Assembly: GCF_001194135.2 (NCBI RefSeq) | Contig: NC_068983.1 | Span: 12,405,282 to 12,439,325, forward strand | Origin: Octopus bimaculoides | Taxonomy: Eukaryota | Direction: 5' to 3' | DNA: 34,044 nucleotides | In this document: piece after piece, positions 23,261 through 34,044 of the stretch | Layout: each line of letters starts with the position of its first letter | Position numbering within the stretch: position 1 is the stretch's first letter | The notes under the pieces: model-generated | Databases searched by the model: none | What the model was told of the DNA's origin: nothing | Seen by the model: only the letters and a program-made list of their open reading frames with translations | Position numbers and translations under genes: made by a program

Positions 23261-24470
23261 TGAAAGTCACCTGTCGTTTTTCTGAGGCAACGTGATTTTG
23301 TCTATTATTTGCTAATTGTTGGTTTCTTTTTAACACAAATAGAAACTGAAAAAAAAAAAGTTCAAAAGTAATGATATGCAAAAGCCAGGAGTGATACATG
23401 AAGAATTACCCTTGAAAATTATGTCTTTCATAAATTGTTACTGAGATTTGACAGATGAAATCATGATTGAAGTTTAGAGGCGGTCGAGTTTTTAGAGCAC
23501 ACTTATCACCGTTTGTTTTTAGTTGATACATTACAATATATTCCGCACATGAAAGAATATTTTCGATGCATGTTATATTGCGTGTGGAAAAAACAGAAAG
23601 AGGAGATATATTGTCTCTAATTATCAAGATCATTTGTGAAATCCTTGAAGCGGCTAACAAAGACAGCATGATAAAACAATCTAAACAGGTCTACAAAAGA
23701 CCGAATTCACAGTGAATTGAATCAAATTCGAAGTATAAACATCAATGAATGAAAGTTCAATGATTTCACATAGTGTTTTGACATCTATTCAAAACATTAA
23801 TCACCGAAAGTTAGGACAGTGGGCAGCAATATTAAACAGAAGCCCCTTTACAAATGTTGCGATACGAACTATATATTTATACAACGCAATACGATGAGAA
23901 GGTAACAAATGTAACAGCCATGCATGTATAGTATTGTAAAAAATGGGATTTCACAGATATGAATCTTATATATGTCGAAAATATCTGCTGTTAAACAATG
24001 AAGAAAATCTGTAATTTGATCTTCGCCCTTTTGTACGCGTAACGTTACACTGATTGTTAGCTTTATATGAGATATAACATAGAAAACTTTGTGCTATATA
24101 GAGACGAAATTTAAATGTTTCTTCTTAAGGTAAGGAGGGATTCTGTGTTAGTTAATATGAATTCTGATATACACATTTAAACAAGAAAAGAATAAAAATA
24201 TATTAGAAATGACCTAATTATAAATCGCACAGAGAGACTTAAGGACACAGGAAATATGTCAAGTCCGACAGGAAGCTGTCCAGCTTCCTAGGGCTAAATA
24301 GCAGCAGTATGATTCCATTATTGGGACTGTCACATTAAGTTGACAGTATACAACTGCTTTATCGTAACACTGCTGCCTAAGTCTCTCTGTGAGATTTATA
24401 ATTAGATCATTTCTAATTTTTGTAATCAGTGAATGTGTTTTCACTAGAAATATATATATATATATATATA

Positions 24471-24988
24471 TTTTCGACATCCGCGATATTATGCATCGAC
24501 AATGCGTCCCCCCATAGCCAGACCGTCAATCGAGAGTTCTACTGCAGCCCTTTGAAGCGTTTGGAGGAGAACATTCAACGAAAGAAACCGGATGTGCGGA
24601 GGGCGAAGAATTGGTTTTCTTCACGACGAAAATCCAGCTTGTGCCACTGAGTTCTCCTCACTCGTGAGTTCCTCGCCCAAATCAACATGGCATCGCTTCC
24701 GCACACATCATATTCGTCAGATTTAGCAGCACTTGCAGACGTCCATCTCTTCCTCAAATTGAAAATGTAGCTCAAAGGTCACCTCATTAATACTGTTGTC
24801 GAGATCAAGAACGAATCGCAGAAGGTTCTCGACTCGCTTACGGAAAATGACTTACGGGCTTATGGATTCCAAAAGAGGCAAGAACTCTTGGGTCGTTGCA
24901 TTGCTGCGTAAACTGACTATTTTGAAGGTAAATAAGTTATTTTTTACTAAACATAACTAGACCAGGAACCTCTTGATACCCCCTCTTA
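24471..24988 (+). pseudogene. Mariner transposase 3' fragment (DD34D catalytic region) with right TIR
   Basis: Across frameshifts/stops: FDIRDIMHR...QTVNREFYC..LKRL..NIQRKKPD..RAKNW.LHD.N...ASLPHTSYSSDLA (YSPDL motif)...LFLKLK..LKG...RCIAA..DYFEG; then TIR accaggaacctcttgataccccctc-TA. Confidence 0.93.
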
Positions 24989-27900
24989 ATTTATACATCG
25001 ACTCTTTAAACAGATATGATATGCGATGCAGTAGGCGGTATATATGTATTACTTCCCATTACTTTCGAACTCTACCTGAATGTAATTACTGCTATATTGT
25101 AATTCTTCTGATGTACATCAACACTCACATAAAGATTGCGTATTCTTTTTGAACATCTAAATGCTATTGTTTGTAATAATTATGAATTTTGGCAATAAGA
25201 AATAATATATTATCGATTGTGTAATTATTAATATGTTAAATAATTAATGTTTAACTTTGAGTAATGTAATATCTCTCGACCATAATTAGCTATCTCTGCA
25301 TCTGCATTTGATATATGGACATTTATAGACTTTCTAAATGAGAGGAGAGAACATATGTCTTATGGATTGCAACTGTTTTCTGAATGGCGTTGAAACTTGT
25401 GAGTCTAAAGTGACCTGATCGTTCTTCCTAAGGTCGGCAAACTCAAATGGATGAAGTATTAAAACTAGGAAGTGTTTTTCACATAGATTTTTTTTGTTAT
25501 GTATAATACGTTATTCCTTACATATTTTTCGAACAGTAATTGACAATCCTAAATATCTAGATAAATTATTGTAGATAATGTCTGAAAGAGCTTATGTGGT
25601 TGCAACCTTACTGAAATCACTGAGGGCCAAGAAGATCGACATTGTGAACTTTCTGTTTGTTAAAAACTATATAACATTTATTAGTTTATTGTAGTTATCG
25701 AGGCTAAGGTCATGCTGGAGCAGAACCTACTTTGTGAAGGCTCTTTTTGTGTGTGGCCTATTGCATTAAAACGTTTTTGTTAGATTTTCAATATAACCAC
25801 CAACTCTTGTTATTAAACCAAGGAAGCTTAAGAAGCTATTCTACTGTAATATTTCACATTTCGCAAATGACTATTTTAGTAAATAATAAAAGAGAAAATC
25901 TCCTCATTAATTATGAGGAACAGAGCTGAATTATTCTACTAGACAAAATATTACATTAAAATAGATGAGTTAATTGTTTGATCACAAGAGGGAAGAGATT
26001 ACCAGTGATCCTTGTAAAGAATTCTGATACAAACAGATCTGTCCAAAAAAATTGTAAATGAGATGGTGTTAAACACGGTCATCGACTAAGTCTACCATTG
26101 ACTGTTGATCACACCAGAAGAAATCTGCCACTACAAAATACATTTCCATACCAAATTGGAAATGTTGTAACCTGGTTCTTATTGTTATTCAGTTTCTTTT
26201 CAAATTCATTGTCGAAATACAAGCAGGAAAGAGATATGTAGACAGATATGGCGGCAATTCACTACTAGCTGTCACAAACCATATAAAAATTTGCATAATG
26301 TAAAGCTGACCTTGTGAACTTTGGTATAATAGAATGCGATGCGTATTATTCTGATGTAAATCTGCTTTATATTGAATGCATCGAAATGAATGCATTTCCT
26401 CTTCTCGACTATCATGTGATAGGTTGGTGTTGTGATGTTTACATGCATCATCTCACATTGAAAATCAGAGATTAAAGTTCGTTCTCAATAACACAAATTG
26501 AAAATCTTTTCCGAATATCTCTGTATGCTGATTGTGTATATTCAACCCACCAAAATATTAAATATAGCTATCATTCAACTGCTTAAAAGTGATACATTAA
26601 GCCTTTCCAATACCTAATATCCAGAGTGCTGCATCCGCTTAGTTTACCGATATGATTACCGGAAGACGATTCAGAAATGCAATGAGATACCAACCTCGGA
26701 CCACCCCTATGATAGAAAATATTCCGATCGAATTCTTTGCCTTCTGTTCAACTTCGAAATATCAAAAAGGGTTCGTATTCAAGTTGTATCTCACAGTTAT
26801 AATTGTGAAACTCATTTTCTCTAATTTAATAAATTCCTAATCTTTAAATTCATCGACTTTTTGTTTCGAAGAGGACATACGCATGTCTCTGTTTTGTGTT
26901 TAGGCAATCGAGTAATGAGAAATAGAAATTATCTGATGAATTAATGCTGTGAAATTTTGTTTAGGATTTTGTAGATATTAGTTTGTATGAAAAGGATAGG
27001 ATGTGTTAGGTGGGAAATATTTAGGTGCAATATAATATCGAACGTGTTGCTTTATATTAAACGTAAGAGATCGAATTTGTAAGTGAGAAGGAAAATAAGA
27101 ATAGTGAATGGTACAAAGTGTACTGTGTTAATGCATAACTTAAGATAAATCCCGATTATCTATTCTTATATTCAGAAAGCAATCCAATCACTATAATCTT
27201 CCCTTTTATGGGCATGTCTATCTACAACATCCGACCTATCGATATGTTATTTTGAACAGAATTTTGTAATGTGAAATTTACCTACTGTGCACTTCGAATG
27301 TTGCCCAAACCTCACAAATCTTACAGTATATATGTAAGAAACAAAAGCTTCCAAGCTTTCTTAGTAATGATATGGGATACATAAAAACAGAACTACGTGG
27401 GATGCAAGTAATTGTAAGGTGCTCCTAAATAAATTTCGTATATCAGGCTTAATCTAATTTCAAGCAGAATAGAATATGTTTATCTCCGGAGATTTAAACA
27501 GGCACATTCAAGAAGTGCTAACAATCTCTCCTCAATGTTATGCCAGAGTTAAATGAAGGCCAAAGTTCAGCTGAAAAGTTGGCGGTGGGTTACATAAATT
27601 CAATGGCTGTGATGATGAACAATGGCTGCAAACGTTACGAACTTACAATAATTTTCGACTCTGTGCAATTGGACAAATGTGCATTATCGAAACCTTTCAG
27701 AAATTATATCCAATATCACCATGATAATCAAAACCATGCACAAACAGTTCCATAATTTCTACTCCACCGATTACTGAAGCGATTATCAAGTGGAAACGAG
27801 AACGGCGTTCGTTATTACATCTGAGAGTTCCTAATCATGAAAATACGTGGAAGCAGTAGATAGAAGAATGTTGAATGCCAAATATCTGAACTGAGGCCAA

Positions 27901-29427
27901 GGGCATATATGTCACCATCAGCGTACACATTCTAGGATGCGGTCCATTCATTCTGCACGCGTAGCAATGTGAAAAAGTTAGGAGATGAGCCTCAAATATA
28001 CTCTGTCTCAGATCCCTACCAAATCTTTGCATTTACTCTTTATGGGGACAAAGGAAACAATTGATAGTACAAATTTGTATATTGGAATACTCAGACTTTT
28101 ATCAGTACCATTTTGTCGGAATAATAAAAAGCACTTATCTCAAGGAAAGTGGTAAGCTTCTATATAGCAATTCACCATATGGTCTAATACACAGAATTCA
28201 GTCTAAAATATAAACTGGGTCAAGCGTGTTATAAAACATTATAAACAAAGTTTCATGTAATTTCTGTGAATTTGGACACAAGAAGACCGACTAATATCAG
28301 AAATGAAACAATTATTACCAACCTCTAGAAGAAAATCTAATAAGATTGACAACTAAAGTTGAATTTTGTTTTTGTCAACTGCGGGGAAAACCCTGACCAG
28401 AATAGTGATTAAGTGTTTCTTCCACTATCAACGACAATCCTACTCGGATCTCAATCATCCTAGATTGAATTTTCCAGTTATACCAATAATGTGATCCTCT
28501 ATTTTTGTCAACTGCATAAGAAAAGCGCCGAGCAACATACACTGTTGTTTATGGTTTTATTTTGACGCACTAAAATAATTTGTAAATCGTATAGCTCTGT
28601 CGACTTCGCACATTACACTCATTCATGCTGCTGCTGTAGAACAGCAATTCGAAATATGGTAACAACCTTCCAAAAGAGTTCAAATCAAATGAGACTGAGG
28701 AAAGATAGCAACGTGTAATTACCTGCTCGGTTTTTACCATCCTTCCCGCAAACAATTCTAGGAATTACTATGGTTAAACTACCACCTGGTCTTCATATAT
28801 CGTACACTTGAAGCCAAAATCTAGTTAACTTGTGCCAGAATAATAACCATGAGTATATTAATAATTAAATTTCATTACATAGATGATGATACATTTACTG
28901 GAATACATTTAGAGGAGCTACAAATACCGATACTTTTTCTGAATAAGGTTTTAACTCCCAACTTAAGTAAACAACTGCTCTTGAATAAATGAGAATCTCA
29001 TTCCATGACTCAGGTATCTGGGTATGTGGATAAAAGGGGCAAAATGTACTGCACTCCCAACACTTAAAATAGTTCTTGTATATTGAGGATAAGATAGAAC
29101 AGCAGGAAACATGTGTAAACAGAATGTTTGTCTGTCAGAGATGATAAACATGTATTCTATAATCGATAGAAATGACCATACCTATACTGTGTAAGGCAGT
29201 AATGTACGAACACTTCTTTACTGCGCTGTAACCTGGGCATATTATAAGCAGCATATCAATGAACTAAACGTGTACCATCAAATATATTTTAGGAAAACCA
29301 TCGACACCCAGTGGCAGAACAGCTGTGGGATTGTCTATGTACACTTTTATGCCAATATCTCTTTCATTGAGGCCACAATTACGTGATATCGACTTTGTTG
29401 GGTTGTCTATGTTGTGTTGAACGGCAG

Positions 29428-29544
29428 ATAATAGGTTCTGAGAAAACATTTCCATCCCTGCTGAATGAAGTAAAGCGTATTTTCGACGAAATGAAGCGCT
29501 TCAGAGACACGCTAAAGGCACATTTGAAACGATGGCTGTCATAA
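29428..29544 (+). CDS. Weak candidate terminal exon, IIGSEKTFPSLLNEVKRIFDEMKRFRDTLKAHLKRWLS*
   Basis: Open frame with clear amphipathic periodicity; acceptor candidates ggcag| (29427) and ataatag| (29434); no family recognised. Confidence 0.25.
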   Translation: MIGSEKTFPSLLNEVKRIFDEMKRFRDTLKAHLKRWLS

Positions 29545-30024
29545 ATGTCTAAGTGTGAGGAATATTTGCCGAATATCTGATACGCGTGAAGATGGACCAT
29601 GTACGACGGCGGGATCAAACTTTTTTTACCTAACTTATAAAACAAATACCTTAAATATAAGCGTGACTCTACCCATATAGTACCTCTCCTCGTGTAAGCC
29701 AACATATGCCGTGTCTCCATTTGGATGTCTGGAACCCGCATTCGTATCTAGTCATACTTGAGTTCACAGATATTAAGTGAGGCGGAAAATTGTCACAAAC
29801 GCACAGGGAGTGCCAATAACGGCGAGGATGTGAATAAATATGTTACAAAATATGTGTGTTACAATATAAGCAGGTTACATTATAACTATAAGATAACATT
29901 CGTTGCTTATTATTGAATAGAAAAGAGAACATTAAAGATATGCTTATGCATTAGAAATTTAAGCTACTTAATTTTGAACACTATTCATGAGTTGGGAATA
30001 AAACGACGTAATGCCGAATAAAGC

Positions 30025-30025
<1 letters not shown>

Positions 30026-30094
<69 letters not shown>

Positions 30095-30114
30095 CGTATG
30101 TATATATATATAAA

Positions 30115-30148
<34 letters not shown>
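30026..30148. repeat. (TA)n-(TG)n-(TA)n microsatellite
   Basis: Visible directly. Confidence 0.97.
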
Positions 30149-30150
<2 letters not shown>

Positions 30151-30812
30151 AAGATTTTAGTTATGTTGCATTAAAAGTTAAATAATTAAAGATAACAGAA
30201 CTGAGCAAAATTTAATTTAAAAGTATTTCCTTAGGAACTACTGTCATTGGCTCTGATCATTTCTTTTTATGCATTTACAGAATCCAAAATGTCATTTTGC
30301 TCGAAGATACTAAATTTCAAATGTTGATATTCTTTTCGTTTGACCAACGTTTGAAAGTTAGCAAAAGAATTATGATGAAATACATGTAAAACTACGAACA
30401 GAATAATTGACATGGTTTCATAAATAATTTCAGATCTGATATTGAAAAAAAACCGCATTAAAATTATTCCTTCAACTTGGAAGGAAGCAGATTTCAAAGG
30501 AATTAAAATATCATAAAACATTAATACACATTAATCCACTACAAAAGCATTTTACTTGAATTTCGTACTGGAGCAGCGTACTTCATGAATTATTAAAACG
30601 TTTATTGATTTGCTTCCAATTAGTAAAACTAATTAAAATATGAAAGAGTAGAGATATTAATAAAATAGCAATAAGGCATAACTGAATATCATTTGTTAAT
30701 CACAGTTCAGTTCAGGAAACTCTGGATGATTTCAAATTTTGTGGAATTCAAAATATTTTTCGAAAAAGAAAAGAGAGAAACAGGTTGAGAGGTACATTTA
30801 TATGGATAATTA

Positions 30813-31032
30813 TAAGAGGGGTTGTTCAAAAGTTCCTGGCGTTGGGTAAACGAAAATACAGGAGGATCAGTTAATTATGATTTTATTCAACATATTCCCC
30901 TCTGAGATTCACATACTTATTGCAGCGGCCCTTAAGTTTTTCTAAACCCTGTAAAACAGTGAGGAAGGTTGGACGTCCAACCACACCATTCAGGATATCT
31001 TTAAAACAAAGAACTACTCACCACCCCTCGTA
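30813..31032 (-). mobile_element. Internally deleted mariner / MITE with TA ends
   Basis: TA-agaggggttgttcaaaagttcctgg ... aagaactactcaccacccctcg-TA imperfect TIRs; minus strand retains the transposase C-terminus GLEKLKGRCNKYVNLRGEYVE*. Confidence 0.88.
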
Positions 31033-31051
31033 CATGTATACATGTATATAT

Positions 31052-31190
31052 ATTCTTTTATTCTTTTATTTGTTACAGTCAATTGACTGCGGCCATGCAG
31101 GAGCACCGCCTTTAGTCGAACAAATCAACCCCAGATCTTATTCTTTTTAAGCGTAGTACTTATTCTATCGGTCTCTTTGCCGAACCGCTT
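31052..31190 (-). mobile_element. 3' fragment of the octopus-type SINE
   Basis: gactgcggccatgcaggagcaccgcctttagtcga...gtacttattctatcggtctctttgccgaaccgct. Confidence 0.88.
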
Positions 31191-33278
31191 CTGAAAGCCT
31201 GTCGGAGGGCTGACTACAGTTCTTGAATTGTTCGGTCGTTTGTATAAAGCATAACGTCTTGATTTCGTGGCAATATGTTTGGAAGCCCTACCAAAAACAT
31301 AGTTGCTGCTTTCTCTTTCCAGTCTTTCACTCACATAACAAAGTAGAACATTGAAAGCGCACCATTAAATTCAGAGAAATACATAGTTACGAGGAATAAA
31401 TTAGAAATCTGCAATAAAATGTAAAATATCAGGAATTCTGTTTCAGCTCAAATCGCAGTAATCAAAATATTCAAAAGAAAGCAAGTAAACTATTGGCAAT
31501 ATAAAAATATTTATGTACACAAGAAACTAATACCTCAGAAATGTATTTGACATTCATAGTAGTAAATCGATTCATACAGAGATCATGTATCAGATGGCCT
31601 GCACATGAAAACAGAATGAAAACTGGCCTGCACAGAAGTTAGAATTGTTTTATGTTGGCATATAAATAAGAGATTGTAAATTTACTCAAATGTTTTCTAA
31701 AATGTGTTACGCAATTTAATGAGGTATTTAGATGTATCTAAAATAAATCATGTATATAGCACACTACTGTGGATAATGTTTGTCAACATAGCGAGCTATG
31801 TAATATAAATTAATGCGTACTAAAATAAGAATATGCAACACAAATTAAAAAAGAATATAGGCAACATTTACCGAGAAAGTGTCTCTCAATCAAAGTAAAA
31901 TCTAAATAAAAATATGCTGCTAGACAACATAAAAAATAAATTTAAAGAAATACGCTGTAGTGTTCTTATGACAACATATTCGTATACTGCAATGAATGGA
32001 ACAACCAAGAAACGACACAGATTGGGATATTTATGAAAGAAAATAAAAAATTATTTCAAAGCTGGAAAATGTTCTAATCAAAATCAACTGAGTATTTTAA
32101 TTTTCAAAACCCGACTGAAATGAAAATATATCAAGGTAGAGATTATCGATTACGTTTATTAAACAACGTATCAATAATCAAAGAGAAAACTAAAAAAATA
32201 TAATTAAGCTTCATTGCAACGGTAATGTGTGTGGGAAATGTTCAGAGTATGATGGGTAAAGTGTCGCCATTTTATATTTTTAATTTCGCGCATGCACATT
32301 GTTTGTTTTTAATTTTCTCGACTACACAGTATAGTAGGGTCAGTTAGGCACCGTCTGTAAGAAAAACAGCATTAAGACGCAATTCACTCTGCCAGAAATT
32401 CGAATTTAGAATTTCATTCAATGCATCGTTTACTTAAATACTGTCTTGTGGATTTTAGGGAAGCTATGGCTCACTTTTCTAGCGTTACATGCGACAATGC
32501 AGCGATTGAATCATTATTTTGATCACGCTGTATTTTCGTCAAAATATTGTTTTGGTACTTTTAACAAAGGCAACTGATATACCCAGATCTATATATCCAT
32601 TCCCCCCAAAAGATAATACTTCTTCATTATAATACTGAGTGAATAATTCTAGGGAAACCGCCTCCTATAATTAGGGTCCAAATGCCTGTTAAGGTGTAAT
32701 TTATGCAAGGTTTCGATTGACAATCATCGTTTACAGGCATCTGCTTCCGAAAATACATTCTATATTAGTTACTCTGCATTATAATCCAATAAAGGTATAA
32801 TACCAATTTTAAAAGTACGCATAAAGCAAAGAGCAATGAAAATATCAGAGTGTTTCTAATTTTTAGCTAATGTTAAATGAATAAAATTTGCGTATTTAGA
32901 TATTTTCAACGTAACAATACATCTTGATTGTGATAAATTTCTGTCTTCGAAAGCAAAGCTTATTCATGAGTTTTTCATTTGCACAGCCATAAATTTCTAC
33001 TGCTAGCAAAGAATAAAAGAAAAAAAGGTCTTCATTTGGAAGGAATTAAATTTTGCAAAAGACATACGCAAAGAAGGTGAAGATAGGTTGGAGAAATCTT
33101 GGTATACTAATAATTGACCTTTTTCTAATGAAAATCTTTTTGTTTTCTATCCCCGTCTCCAAGCATGGTGGACTACAAAAAAAAAAAAAATTCAATGCAT
33201 CAGAGTATCACAGTAATAAACAAACACACTGCCAGGCAGAAAATAAAGAATGGCGGAATTATTCGTGATTGATATCAC

Positions 33279-33325
<47 letters not shown>

Positions 33326-33385
33326 TTACGTGCGTGGAGGTGTGTATGCATACTTATGTGTGTACGTGCGTGGAGGGTGTGTATG
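33279..33385. repeat. (TA)n-(TG)n microsatellite and degenerate TG tail
   Basis: Visible directly. Confidence 0.93.
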
Positions 33386-33656
33386 CAGGTGGAAATTCCA
33401 TCAATCAGCTATTGAGCAAAGATCATAACAATTTAGGCACCTTTAACACGGTATTTCTATATCTTGTGGGGCTGAACAGAGTTGATGCTTGCAGAAAAAT
33501 ATCTGGGTCCTTTGGACAAAGTGTAGCACCCTCTGTCCCTCTGTTATCCACGAAGTCACTATAAACACTAAAATACGGCAAGTATTTAGTAATTAACTCT
33601 ATAATTTCATCTTTAGTGTTTCAAATGTTCATAAGAATGATGATGATAATAATAAT

Positions 33657-33841
33657 GATCCTTTCTACTGGAGGCACAAGACCTTAAATCTGTGGGGAGG
33701 GGGTTAATCGATTACATCGACAGCAGTGTATAACTGGTACTTAATTTATAGACTCAGAAAGGATGAAAGGCACAGTCGACCTCGTCGGAATTTGAACTCA
33801 GAAAATAACGACGGGCGAAATACCGCTAAGCATTTCGTCCA
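33657..33841 (-). mobile_element. SINE-like element (ttcaaattccgacgaggtcgac...cctttcatcc...gtaccagt family)
   Basis: Same family as 8332-8400 and 12985-13128; AAT/ATG repeats on its 3' side. Confidence 0.82.
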
Positions 33842-33844
33842 GAA

Positions 33845-33900
33845 GTGTGTGTGTTTGTGTGTGTATATATATATATATATACACACACATACACATATGT
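33845..33900. repeat. (TG)n-(TA)n-(CA)n microsatellite
   Basis: Visible directly. Confidence 0.93.
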
Positions 33901-34044
33901 TTGTTTATCTATTCATAAACCATAGAAACATCACTGCATATATACGCACACACAATAGCCGATACATGCTACCGTAAGGTATAGCACTCAGAATGTGATG
34001 GCGACTGTGTACACAGAGTATTCCACCGATAGAAATACACACAC

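Noticed and set aside
24270-24289. Perfect 9-bp inverted repeat aggaagctg-tc-cagcttcct
   Set aside because: Isolated, 2-nt loop, no U-tract or repeat copies; one such palindrome in 34 kb is unremarkable.
28369-28515. 14-bp direct repeat tttttgtcaactgc, 133 bp apart
   Set aside because: Partly a T-run, with no element features between the copies; not distinguishable from chance or minor local duplication.
29379-29741. 120-aa minus-strand ORF
   Set aside because: No recognisable motif; partly the antisense shadow of the more protein-like plus frame 29428-29544.

Overview
AT-rich eukaryotic genomic DNA from a fragmented draft assembly with six N-gaps. It is very probably a coleoid cephalopod (Octopus-like), inferred from its characteristic tRNA-derived SINEs, R4/Dong-type and Tx1/L1-type LINE remnants, mariner remnants/MITEs and very dense compound microsatellites. 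There is no long intact ORF, no RNA gene, no CRISPR array and nothing prokaryotic. Most ORF-track entries are artefacts of microsatellites, N-gaps or decayed repeats. The best non-repeat signal is a set of small, phase-compatible, splice-site-bounded minus-strand segments (11962-12008, 9615-9706, 5081-5177, with AATAAA at 4922-4927) that look like the 3' end of an unidentified protein-coding gene. A weaker plus-strand exon-like chain lies at 20.7-29.5 kb. The most interesting repeat structure is a nest of elements each bounded by (AAT)n tracts at 13.2-15.5 kb, consistent with microsatellite-targeted R4/Dong retrotransposition plus a non-coding passenger element. I did not find convincing evidence of a new biological system; all findings are hypotheses made by eye, without database searches, and repeat boundaries are approximate.
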